Notes under the pieces: model-generated
What the model saw: only the letters and a program-made list of their open reading frames with translations
The model's database searches: none
What the model was told of the DNA's origin: nothing
NCBI GenBank assembly: GCA_041567895.1
Contig: JBFGAX010000006.1
Location: 2,330-66,329 of the forward strand
Direction of reading: 5' to 3'
From: Acidimicrobiia bacterium
GTDB lineage: Bacteria > Actinomycetota > Acidimicrobiia > Spongiisociales > SHLN01
Length of the DNA stretch: 64,000 nucleotides
Part shown: positions 19,376 through 29,213 of the stretch, one piece after another
How the letters are laid out: each line of letters opens with the position of its first letter
Numbering within the stretch: the first letter of the stretch is position 1
Position numbers and translations under genes: made by a program

Positions 19376-20029
19376 CTACAGCTCCTCTACCGCCAACAGC
19401 ACTTCTTCGAGGTCGAATGATCCAAACCACTGGAAGCGTCCCGTCCCGGTTTCATCAAACAGTATTGCACCAGGTTGACCCCGCACTCCGAGTTGCTGCC
19501 AGGAGTCGAATCCCGGGTCCCAGAGCATCGGGAACGATTTCGTGTCATAGGTTTCGACAAAGTCGAGTGCTTCCTGATAGGAGTCCTGAGTTCCGAGGCC
19601 GATGACCTGTACTGTTTCGGAGTGTTGTCGAGCAAACTGCTCGACCGCCGGCGCCTCACGCCGACAGAACGGTCAGTGGGGAGCCCAGAACCACAACAGC
19701 ACCGGTTTGTCGAGCGTAGCGAAGAACCTGGTATTGACCTGACCACCGGCGAGATCCTCGACGACAACATCGGGGAACTGCGATTCGGGAAATGGCCCGT
19801 TGATGGGGTCAACCTCGGCAGGCTCCGTCTCGGGAGCCTGGCCATCGGCAGGTTCTGGTGGGACGGGTTGGTCGTCGGTGCCGCTCTCGTCGGCTGTGGT
19901 AGCAGGAGCAGTGGTCGGGACTGTGGACGGAGTCGTGGTTGGAACCGGGGTCGGAGCGGATGTGGTGCCGCCACAGGAGGCGAGCACGAGAGCAGCCGCG
20001 ACCAGCGCGAGCGAAAGGCGGGTTTTCAT
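19376..20029 (-). CDS. Candidate selenoprotein: thioredoxin-fold TlpA/ResA-like lipoprotein with a UxxC active site (in-frame TGA at 19673..19675 read as Sec)
   Basis: MKTRLSLALVAAALVLASC is a lipobox signal, followed by a Pro/Thr-rich linker. The motif reads ...KPVLLWFWAPH-TGA-PFCRREAPAVEQF.... The TGA sits exactly where the first Cys of the CXXC motif should be. The downstream frame continues for 98 codons with a complete Trx fold (VQVIGLGTQDS...GVRGQPGAILFDETG). The ORF track splits this gene into 19673..20110 plus an uncalled 3' part. Confidence 0.55.
19646..19666 (-). other. Candidate bacterial SECIS-like hairpin immediately 3' of the in-frame UGA
   Basis: The mRNA sequence is UGUCGGCG-UGAGG-CGCCGGCG, an 8-bp stem (two G-U wobbles) with a 5-nt G/U-containing loop. 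It starts 7 nt after the UGA codon at 19673..19675. Confidence 0.3.
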
Positions 20030-20064
20030 CACGTGTACAACGTGCTGCGTGGCCCGAATGTTCC

Positions 20065-21087
20065 CTATCGTGGCTGGAGTCGGACCTCGGAGGCCTTGAC
20101 GCTCACCCACACCTGCTCTCCGACTGCGGCCCCGACGGCGGCCAGGCCGGCATGGGTCACGGTAGCCGTGATATCGATCGGTCCGGCGATACGTAACCGG
20201 GCGAGATCGAAGCTGGTGTCTGACGAGGCGATGGTGCCGATCCAGGCGTTGCGGGGACTTCCCTCGGGTTTCCGGCTGTGCAGTGACACCGCTCGCGGGT
20301 GCACGGTCACATATACCGATCCCCGCACGAAATCTGCTGACGACAGTACAGCCTCTCCCACGAGTACGCCTTCGTTGGTGGCGGTTCCGGAGTAGAGATT
20401 GAGCCCGACCAGCTCGGCTACGTAAGCAGATTGCGGCCGGGTCGTGAGCGTCTCAACAGTTCCGTCCTGAGTGACAGCTCCATGCTCGAGTACCACAATT
20501 CTCTCTCCGATGGTCGCCGATTCCCCGGGATCGTGAGTGACGACGAGTGCCGGAACCCCCATGACTGCCAGAGCGTCCTGGATCTGCTTCCGTAAAACGG
20601 GTCGCCGCTCCGCGTCTACCGCGGAGAGCGGTTCGTCGAGAAGCACCACGTCAGGGTTGCGAGCAAAGGCGCGCGCTAGTGCCGTTCGTTGTCGTTCGCC
20701 GCCGGAAAGTTGGGTGGGGTATTGATGTCGAAGACCGGTGAGATCAAATTGTTCGAGCCAGATCTCTGGATCTGCGGATGTCCCGAGTGCAACGTTCGAG
20801 GCAATGTCGAGATGGGGGAGAAGCAGATCGTCTTGAAACACCATGCCAATCGATCGCAGTTCCGTTGGTAGGGAGACACCGTTTCGCAACCAGGGTTCAC
20901 CGTTGCAAACGATGTGCCCACGAGCCGTGGGTTCCAGTCCTGCTATGCACCGCAGCAAGGTCGACTTGCCTGCGCCATTGGGACCGACGACGGCCACGGT
21001 CTCGGCACCGATCGCAGTCTGCACCCGAAGCGAAAACTCGGCGCGATCGAATTCGATGTCGATTTCGAGGGTCACTTCCGAATCCAT
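20065..21087 (-). CDS. modC: Molybdate ABC transporter ATP-binding protein ModC (with C-terminal TOBE/Mop domain)
   Basis: The ATG at 21085..21087 starts MDSEVTLEIDIEF... and leads into [25 protein letters not shown] and the C-terminal TOBE domain (IGTIASSDTSFDLARLRIAG). The upstream 273 codons of the track ORF overlap modB in another frame and are not coding. Confidence 0.85.
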   Translation of the reverse strand: MDSEVTLEIDIEFDRAEFSLRVQTAIGAETVAVVGPNGAGKSTLLRCIAGLEPTARGHIVCNGEPWLRNGVSLPTELRSIGMVFQDDLLLPHLDIASNVALGTSADPEIWLEQFDLTGLRHQYPTQLSGGERQRTALARAFARNPDVVLLDEPLSAVDAERRPVLRKQIQDALAVMGVPALVVTHDPGESATIGERIVVLEHGAVTQDGTVETLTTRPQSAYVAELVGLNLYSGTATNEGVLVGEAVLSSADFVRGSVYVTVHPRAVSLHSRKPEGSPRNAWIGTIASSDTSFDLARLRIAGPIDITATVTHAGLAAVGAAVGEQVWVSVKASEVRLQPR

Positions 21088-21842
21088 CCAACGCGAGTAA
21101 CTGCTGCCGCTGCGACGGCAACGGCGACGGCCAGCAGGCTCAGGGCGACAGCTTCGTCGATTCCTCGTTCCAGGCCGAGGAAGACGGCTAGCGGCAAGGT
21201 TTGCGTGACCTGCGGTCGGTTGCCTGCAAAGGTTATGGTGGCACCGAATTCGCCTATGGCTCGACTCCAGGTGAGGGCGGCTCCTGCGAGGATGGCATTG
21301 CGAGACATCGGCAAAACGATGTTCGACATTCGCTCCCACGGTCGAAGTCCGAGGGTTTTTCCCATGTCCAGGTAGCCAGGATCGAGCTGACGAAAGCCGG
21401 CCTCGGCAGCCAGAACCAGCAGGGGCATGGAAACAAACAGGACGGCTACGACAGCACCCGCCGTGGTGAACGAAAGAGCGATTCCTACCCGTTCGGCCAC
21501 AGCACCGAATAGTCCGCGCCGGCCGTAGGCGGCGGTGAGAGCCACGCCGCTCACCACCGGTGGCAACACGATCGGGATGAGGAGCAACCCCCTCGTTACC
21601 TGAACCCAAACGCTGGTCGACCGGGACAACAACCAGGCCAGGGGCAAGCCGAGTACGACCGCAATCAGGGTGGCAATCGAGCTCACAGCTATCGAGAGAA
21701 TCAATGGATTCCAGCCAGCTGACAGACTCTCGCCAATTGTCGACCAGGGCGCTCGCAGCAGCAGCGCCAGCACCGGGACGGCCAGGAACAGGACCCCGGC
21801 CATCGCCGCGAGGACACTTCCGATTCTGAATGCCTTGCTCAC
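21072..21842 (-). CDS. modB: Molybdate ABC transporter permease ModB
   Basis: The protein is 256 aa with 5-6 TM helices and the EAA-like loop of ABC permeases (LGLRPWERMSNIVLP). It overlaps the modC start by 16 nt. Confidence 0.85.
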   Translation of the reverse strand: MSKAFRIGSVLAAMAGVLFLAVPVLALLLRAPWSTIGESLSAGWNPLILSIAVSSIATLIAVVLGLPLAWLLSRSTSVWVQVTRGLLLIPIVLPPVVSGVALTAAYGRRGLFGAVAERVGIALSFTTAGAVVAVLFVSMPLLVLAAEAGFRQLDPGYLDMGKTLGLRPWERMSNIVLPMSRNAILAGAALTWSRAIGEFGATITFAGNRPQVTQTLPLAVFLGLERGIDEAVALSLLAVAVAVAAAAVTRVGWIRK

Positions 21843-22549
21843 GAAGATCTCTCGAGCCCGGCGGCTTCGAAGACGGACTGAGCTTCGTCACCGTACAAAT
21901 ACGCAATCAGCGGCCCCAGGTCGTCACGAGTAACGGAGACGCCGATCCAATAGCTGGTAGGACTGTTGGGAATCGGGATGGCCTCAACGCCCTCAACTGC
22001 TCCGTCTGAGAGATATCCGATGCCGGCGTCAGCCTCGCCGTTTGCGATGCGACCGATCAGCTGACGCGCTGAGGTCTCCCAGCTCACTGGTCGCAGGTCC
22101 GCCGCCCCTGCGAGGTCGGCCGTGTAGCGCCCTAGTGGAACCTCGGGGGCCGCAAGGACAAGTCGATCTACGGTTGCCAGCGACGCAACAGAATCCAAAC
22201 CAAGCGGGTTTCCGGTTTCGACGATGATGGCCAGCTGATTGAACGCCACCGGCGCTGACTCGATCGTGATCAACCCGGTCGACGCAATCGGTTCCAGCGT
22301 TTGGCGATCCGCAGCAATGATGACGTCGATGGGTGACCCTGCAGCAATGGCGGCGACGTGTGCTTGAGAGCCGGCGAGGTCAATTTCCAGGTTCATTCCC
22401 AGGGCTGCCTCGGCTGTGGTTTCGATCGACGAGAGTGCCTCGGCCAGGGATGAGGCGGCTGCCAGAACGACGGTGTCGCGTGCGGTACAACTCGAGAGAA
22501 CGAAAGCCATCATCACGAATCTGGTAGCGAGCTTCATCAACCGCAGCAC
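21839..22549 (-). CDS. modA: Molybdate ABC transporter substrate-binding lipoprotein ModA
   Basis: MKLATRFVMMAFVLSSC is a lipoprotein signal. VLAAASSLAEAL...GSPIDVIIAADRQT... matches the ModA family. It overlaps modB by 4 nt. Confidence 0.8.
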   Translation of the reverse strand: MLRLMKLATRFVMMAFVLSSCTARDTVVLAAASSLAEALSSIETTAEAALGMNLEIDLAGSQAHVAAIAAGSPIDVIIAADRQTLEPIASTGLITIESAPVAFNQLAIIVETGNPLGLDSVASLATVDRLVLAAPEVPLGRYTADLAGAADLRPVSWETSARQLIGRIANGEADAGIGYLSDGAVEGVEAIPIPNSPTSYWIGVSVTRDDLGPLIAYLYGDEAQSVFEAAGLERSS

Positions 22550-22574
22550 CCACCGTGGGTGCTAGAAACCGCGA

Positions 22575-22967
22575 TCACGGCCCGGCCTCGACGATGACAT
22601 TGGTGGCCTTGACGACAGCCGTTGCTCGCATCCCTGGTTTGAGCGCCAGGTCACGTACCGCTTCTGCTGTGTGAAGGCTCACAAGACGATGGGGACCGGC
22701 CTGTATCTCGACGGTCGCTGAGATTTCGTTCGAAGTCACCGCAACGACGATCCCGGAAAATCGGTTTCTCGCGGATTGGCGTGCCAACCACGGGCTGTCC
22801 TCGGTACCCCGCATTTGCACGATGAAGTCGGCAAGCGCCGTCCCGTCGATGAGCCGGTGTCCGGCGTCGTTTCGGGTGGCCGGCAAGCGCTTGGCGTCGA
22901 TCCATCTCCGTACTGTGTCGGCGCTGACGCCGAGTAACTGAGCTGCCTCTCCCATGCGATAATGCAT
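22575..22967 (-). CDS. Molybdate-responsive transcriptional regulator, excisionase/MerR-type HTH fused to a TOBE (Mop) domain (ModE-like short form)
   Basis: The N-terminal HTH is MGEAAQLLGVSADTVRRWIDAKRL. The C-terminal TOBE is NRFSGIVVAVTSNEISATVEIQAGPHRLVSLHTAEAVRDLALKPGMRATAVVKATNVIV. It lies directly upstream of modABC on the same strand. Confidence 0.7.
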   Translation of the reverse strand: MHYRMGEAAQLLGVSADTVRRWIDAKRLPATRNDAGHRLIDGTALADFIVQMRGTEDSPWLARQSARNRFSGIVVAVTSNEISATVEIQAGPHRLVSLHTAEAVRDLALKPGMRATAVVKATNVIVEAGP

Positions 22968-23006
22968 GGAAATACCTTAGCGTTTGCTAGGCAAATACCC
23001 AGAAGA

Positions 23007-23025
23007 CATTTGCAAATGCATATGC
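23007..23025. promoter_or_regulatory. Candidate operator: perfect 12-bp palindrome CATTTGCAAATG overlapping 8-bp palindrome GCATATGC
   Basis: The palindromes sit in the 139-bp divergent intergenic region between the HTH-TOBE regulator / mod operon (-) and yitT-like gene (+). CATTTGCAAATG at 23007..23018 is its own reverse complement. Confidence 0.3.
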
Positions 23026-23106
23026 GGCGGTTCCGCATGGCTGACGTATACTGCCGCCGCACCCCCCGGAGATTCTTTGTTCGCCAACCTCACAGCAGAA
23101 GTTTTC

Positions 23107-24018
23107 ATGCGTCGTCCGACGCGGCCCCAAATTCTCAAATTGTTGGCCGATTACGCGTTATTGACCATCGGCGCAATCGCCCTCATCTATGCGTATCGAA
23201 CCTTCATGCTCCCGTTCGGGATAGCCGGCGGTGGCGTCAGTGGTTTCGGCCTTCTGGTCAACGAGTGGATCGGGTTCCCACCCGGAATGGCCATGCTGAT
23301 CGCCAACCTGCCAGTTCTGGTCCTGGGATACCTCCGCCTGGGTGGTATGCGATTCCTCACACGTACAGCGTTCGTGATTGCGATCTACAACATCGGCGTC
23401 GATGCAATACCCGATATCTTCCCCGATCGGATTTCGGACGACCTGTTGCTCATCGCTCTCTTCGGGGGAGTCGTATCCGGACTCGGGGGAGGCCTCATTT
23501 ATCGAGCAGGTGGCACGGGTGCAGGAACAGGAGTTGTCAGCCGAGTCGTCCAGCTCAAAACCGGGTTGCCCGTGAGCCAGATCTACCTTTTGATCGACGG
23601 ATCAATACTCATCCTGCAAGGCCTCACGTTCGGATGGGAGAAAGCCCTTTACGGCGTCATCCTCCTTTTCGTGAATGGTCTTGCGGTGGATTACGTGCTC
23701 GAAGGGCCGAGTGTTGTGAGGACGGTCACCGTCGTGACGGAGCAGCCCGATATGCTGGCCGATACGGTCTTTGCCACGATGAACGTTGGTGTGACGGGTT
23801 GGAAGGCAACCGGCATGTACACCGACCGGGAGCGTGGGATTCTGTTTTGCACCGTGAGCCGGTCTGAGGCCAATCGCCTGGTGGAGGCCATCCGTGCCGC
23901 CGATCCATCGTCGTTCGCCGTGATCGGCAACGCTCACCAACGTCGGGGTGGGCTGATCAGATCGGGAGTACCTGCTACGGAGCCTGCGCTGAATATCTCG
24001 GAAGTACCCGTCGCCTAG
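23107..24018 (+). CDS. YitT family membrane protein (DUF161 membrane domain + DUF2179 C-terminal domain)
   Basis: The ATG at 23107 starts MRRPTRPQILKLLADYALLTIGAIALIYAYRTFMLPFGIAGGGVSGFGLL, which is the YitT N-terminus. The C-terminus is VTVVTEQPDMLADTVFATMNVGVTGWKATGMYTDRER, a DUF2179. Confidence 0.7.
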   Translation: MRRPTRPQILKLLADYALLTIGAIALIYAYRTFMLPFGIAGGGVSGFGLLVNEWIGFPPGMAMLIANLPVLVLGYLRLGGMRFLTRTAFVIAIYNIGVDAIPDIFPDRISDDLLLIALFGGVVSGLGGGLIYRAGGTGAGTGVVSRVVQLKTGLPVSQIYLLIDGSILILQGLTFGWEKALYGVILLFVNGLAVDYVLEGPSVVRTVTVVTEQPDMLADTVFATMNVGVTGWKATGMYTDRERGILFCTVSRSEANRLVEAIRAADPSSFAVIGNAHQRRGGLIRSGVPATEPALNISEVPVA

Positions 24019-24030
24019 GAGACAGGTACC

Positions 24031-25086
24031 TCACACCTCCTGGAACAGGTACGGTCGCAACACGTCCACCCGCTCCTCAAATCCATCCGGATGCAGGTAC
24101 CACAGAACCGCCGTGATCGAAGACAACAGTGCGTTGCCGTCCTGCGGCGTGAAGCAGAACCCGACGAGTTCGTTTCCGTTGCGAACAGCCAGGGTCTCGG
24201 TCGGGATCACGGTCTGGCTCAAAATCCGCCCGTACCATCCGTGATCGCGTCCGAACGAGAATATCTGGTTGGCCGATTGCTTGTAGGTGGTCGCCATTCT
24301 CGTGTTGGCCATGATTTTTTCCATGGCCGAGTCGACCGAAATTTCGTGGTCGAGCTCGAGGCTGAACCACAGCGAGTGCATGTACTGGGTGGGGACTTTG
24401 ATAGCCGACGACCACACGTTCAGATCGTGTCCGAGGGTTGCGAACAGATCATGAGCATCCCGAGCGTGATGGGTCCCGAACCGTTCGTCTCCATGGCCGC
24501 CGACGGTCGGAGACGGGTTGAACGATCCATCCTGGCTGATGTCGTTCGCACGTCTCATGCAGAGAAAACGGCCTGATTGCAGCCTGCTGGTTCCGTCTTC
24601 GTCGAGGGCGAGGGTCTTGATGAGCGACGAGATGTTGTGGGTATTGCATGAAACGATCTGGATGAACCTGTCTTCCTCGCGCACCAGAGCTTCGTCGTTG
24701 ATCCCTCTCGCATACATCTTTCCAAAGCCGTATTCGGAACCCTGGGCCAGAAATCCGATGGGTCCATCTAGATGGCTGTATTGAGCATCCTTGTTCTTGT
24801 TTCCGACGGGTGTGCAGTCGATCACGATCGATGCCCGCGACAGTGCTTCATGGGCTTCCCATTTCGGAGAGATACCAAGTGACTCGAATCCGCTCCACCG
24901 ATCGTCATCAACGGCCAGTACGGCTCCCCGGCGAACGAGGTCGTCGATTTTGGAGCGTTCCTCGATGAGTGGTGTTCGTTTGTGAAACGTGACCTCATCG
25001 ATACCGAAAGCTTCCCGGTTGTCAACGAGGAGACCGATGAGTGGTTCGCCGATGGTTCCGGTGCCAACCACGTGGACGATGTTCAT
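24031..25086 (-). CDS. Type II (archaeal-type) glyceraldehyde-3-phosphate dehydrogenase-like NAD(P)-dependent dehydrogenase
   Basis: The N-terminus MNIVHVVGTGTIGEPL is a Rossmann motif. VIDCTPVG...AQY is followed by the catalytic motif IQIVSCNTHNISSLIKTL (archaeal GAPDH has SCNTT), then THHARD and YMHSLWF. The protein is 351 aa and sits 3 nt downstream of glpX. Confidence 0.55.
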   Translation of the reverse strand: MNIVHVVGTGTIGEPLIGLLVDNREAFGIDEVTFHKRTPLIEERSKIDDLVRRGAVLAVDDDRWSGFESLGISPKWEAHEALSRASIVIDCTPVGNKNKDAQYSHLDGPIGFLAQGSEYGFGKMYARGINDEALVREEDRFIQIVSCNTHNISSLIKTLALDEDGTSRLQSGRFLCMRRANDISQDGSFNPSPTVGGHGDERFGTHHARDAHDLFATLGHDLNVWSSAIKVPTQYMHSLWFSLELDHEISVDSAMEKIMANTRMATTYKQSANQIFSFGRDHGWYGRILSQTVIPTETLAVRNGNELVGFCFTPQDGNALLSSITAVLWYLHPDGFEERVDVLRPYLFQEV

Positions 25087-25089
25087 TCC

Positions 25090-26100
25090 TTACTCCTGAA
25101 TGTCGGTTGTCGGCTGTTCGCTGATCAACGCACTTATCTTCCGTAGTTTGCTGAGGTCATGCCTGGCGCTCATTCGTCGGACTGCTCCGGTTTTGGATCG
25201 CATGACCATCGATTCTGTGATGACCTGGCTGCCGCGAAACTGAACTCCGGATAACCATTCTCCATCTGTTACCCCCGTTGCGGCAAAATATACATTGTCA
25301 GAGTCGACAAGGTCCGTATGGGTCAGCACAGACGTGATGTCCCGGCCGGTCTCGAGCGCATATGCTTCTTCGGCCTCCGAGCGTGGCCACAGACGACACT
25401 GAATGTCACCCCCGAGGCATTTGAGGGCTGCAGCCGACAACACGGCTTCCGGGGATCCTCCGATTCCGAACAGAATGTCGATTCCGGAGTTTTCGATCGC
25501 GGTGGCAATCGATGCGGCGACATCCCCGTCCTGGATGAGCCGGATCCGTGCTCCCGCTGCCCGCACCGCATCGATGAACTTGTCGTTCCTCGGTCGCTGG
25601 AGGATGATGGCGGTCACGTCCTCGATCGATTTTTCCATGGCTTTTGCTACCTGGGCGAGGTTGTGTGCCACGGGTGCATCGAGTTCGATCGTTCCGGCTG
25701 CTTCCGGACCAACGGCGATCTTGTCCATGTACACGAGGCTTCCCGGCGAGTACATCGTTCCCGTTTCAGAGAGAGCAATCACCGACACCGCACCTGGCTG
25801 GCCGTTTGCTGTCAGGGTCGTGCCGTCCAGGGGGTCGACAGCTACATCGAGCTTCGGACCACGACCGGTTCCCACCCGCTCGCCGTTTGCGAGCATCGGG
25901 GCTTCATCCTTTTCGCCTTCACCGATGACTACGACGCCGTCAATGTCGACGTGTTCGAGGATGAGCCTCATGCCGTCCACCGCAGCCTGATCGGCCGCCT
26001 CTTTATCACCTCTGCCCTGAAATCGTGCCGCCATGAGCGCGGCAGTTTCCGTGACCCTTGCCAGGTCGAGCCCCAGGTTTCGCTCAGGTGCTTCCGCCAT
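25090..26100 (-). CDS. glpX: Class II fructose-1,6-bisphosphatase GlpX
   Basis: GLDLARVTETAALMAARFQGRGDKEAADQAAVDGMR...DPLDGTT...ILFGIGGSPEAVLSAAALKCLGG is the canonical GlpX. The ATG start is at 26098..26100. Confidence 0.85.
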   Translation of the reverse strand: MAEAPERNLGLDLARVTETAALMAARFQGRGDKEAADQAAVDGMRLILEHVDIDGVVVIGEGEKDEAPMLANGERVGTGRGPKLDVAVDPLDGTTLTANGQPGAVSVIALSETGTMYSPGSLVYMDKIAVGPEAAGTIELDAPVAHNLAQVAKAMEKSIEDVTAIILQRPRNDKFIDAVRAAGARIRLIQDGDVAASIATAIENSGIDILFGIGGSPEAVLSAAALKCLGGDIQCRLWPRSEAEEAYALETGRDITSVLTHTDLVDSDNVYFAATGVTDGEWLSGVQFRGSQVITESMVMRSKTGAVRRMSARHDLSKLRKISALISEQPTTDIQE

Positions 26101-26169
26101 CACAATTCAGAATATAGGCGATGGTGAGGCTTGCCCGCATTCAGCGTCGATTTTACGCGTTTGGCGGCG

Positions 26170-27474
26170 TCAATCCGGCTTGGTGGGCGGTGCCTCGAAC
26201 TGTTCTTCTTCGGTCGAGCCGACCAGAGCCAGGGTGGAGGCATCCGAGCCTGACGCGATGACCTGCGCGACCTGATCGAAGTAGCCGGCGCCGACCTCAC
26301 GTTGATGTCGTGTTGCGGTATATCCGTCATCCTCCATCACGAACTCCTGTTCCTGGAGATCGACGTAGGCCGGCATGCCGTCCGTGGCATAGCTCTTCGC
26401 CAGTTCGAACATGCCGGCGTTCAAGGCGTGGAACCCTGCCAACGTGATGAACTGGTACTTGTATCCCATGGCACCCAGTTCCTTTTGGAAAATGGCAATG
26501 GTGGCGTCGTCGAGGTGTCGCTTCCAATTGAACGATGGCGAACAGTTGTACGCCATCATCTTGCCCGGATGGGCAGCTTGCAGCTGCTCGGCGAAATCCC
26601 GGGCAACCTCTAAATCCGGGGTGCTGGTTTCACACCACACGAGGTCCGCGTACGGGGCGTATGCGATCGCTCGTGACACGGCCTGGTCCATTCCGTTGTT
26701 GACTCGATGGAATCCTTCGGCGGTCCGCTCGCCGGTCAGAAACGGCTGATCCCGCTCATCGATGTCGGAGGTGATCATGTCGGCTCCGAGTGAATCGGTT
26801 CGTGCGACGATGACGAGATCGACACCCAACACGTCGGCGGCGAGACGGGCTGCGACGAGGCCCCGAATGTGTTGCTGGGTAGGGATCAGGACCTTGCCGC
26901 CCATGTGGCCACACTTCTTTTCCGAAGCCAGCTGATCCTCGAGGTGAATGCCTGCCGCGCCTGCCTCGATATAGGACTTCACGAGCTCAAAGACGTTGAG
27001 AGCGCCTCCGAAGCCGGCTTCGGCATCGGCCATGATGGGCAGCATCCAGTCCCGGGAGACCTTTCCCTCCGCCCATTCAATCTGGTCAGCGCGCATGAGC
27101 GCATTGTTGATGCGTTCGACCAGTTTCGGTCCGCTATTGACGGGGTAGAGGCTCTGATCGGGGTAGACGTTGCCGCTGAGGTTTGCATCGCCGGCGACCT
27201 GCCAACCGGAGAGGTAAATGGACTTGAGCCCGGCTCTGGCCATCTGAACCGCCTGGCCGCCTGTCATTGCGCCGAGCGACCGAACGAAATCGCCACTGGT
27301 CAGCATCGCCCACAACTTCTCGGCGCCTGTTCTGCTGATCGTGTGGTCTTTGCGGATCGAACCTCGCAATCGCACGACGTCCGCGGCGCTGTAGGGCCTG
27401 TCGATGCCATGCCAGCGTGGATTGTGTGCCCAATCCTGTTCCAGTGCCTCAATCTCTTGTTGCATGGTCGTCAT
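26170..27474 (-). CDS. aceA: Isocitrate lyase
   Basis: The protein is 434 aa and carries the catalytic signature [12 protein letters not shown]. Confidence 0.9.
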   Translation of the reverse strand: MTTMQQEIEALEQDWAHNPRWHGIDRPYSAADVVRLRGSIRKDHTISRTGAEKLWAMLTSGDFVRSLGAMTGGQAVQMARAGLKSIYLSGWQVAGDANLSGNVYPDQSLYPVNSGPKLVERINNALMRADQIEWAEGKVSRDWMLPIMADAEAGFGGALNVFELVKSYIEAGAAGIHLEDQLASEKKCGHMGGKVLIPTQQHIRGLVAARLAADVLGVDLVIVARTDSLGADMITSDIDERDQPFLTGERTAEGFHRVNNGMDQAVSRAIAYAPYADLVWCETSTPDLEVARDFAEQLQAAHPGKMMAYNCSPSFNWKRHLDDATIAIFQKELGAMGYKYQFITLAGFHALNAGMFELAKSYATDGMPAYVDLQEQEFVMEDDGYTATRHQREVGAGYFDQVAQVIASGSDASTLALVGSTEEEQFEAPPTKPD

Positions 27475-27505
27475 GTGCGATTGTCTCCTTCGTCGAAACG
27501 TTTCT

Positions 27506-29107
<1,602 letters not shown>

Positions 29108-29213
29108 GGGAACATAATTGTGCCGAATATTTCACCAATCCAATCAGGTTGCGTTATAAGATTGTCAAAAGTTGCGTTTTCGAGAAGAACGTTGATAACA
29201 ATCAACGCGATCG

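Noticed and set aside
19475-20395. 306-aa plus-strand ORF and the 195-aa minus ORF 19387..19974
   Set aside because: These are shadow frames of the Trx-like selenoprotein candidate and the modC 3' end. They have no domain signal and a Pro/Arg/Gly bias.
21088-21906. N-terminal 273 codons of the 613-aa track ORF upstream of modC
   Set aside because: This stretch overlaps modB in a different frame and has no homology signal. The real modC starts at the internal ATG (MDSEVTLEIDIEF...).
29108-29213. Possible RamB operator in the aceB-ramB intergenic region
   Set aside because: Only a partial resemblance (caaaagttgcg) to the corynebacterial RamB box was found. It is not convincing without a position weight matrix scan. 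It is mentioned under the acetate-module finding instead.
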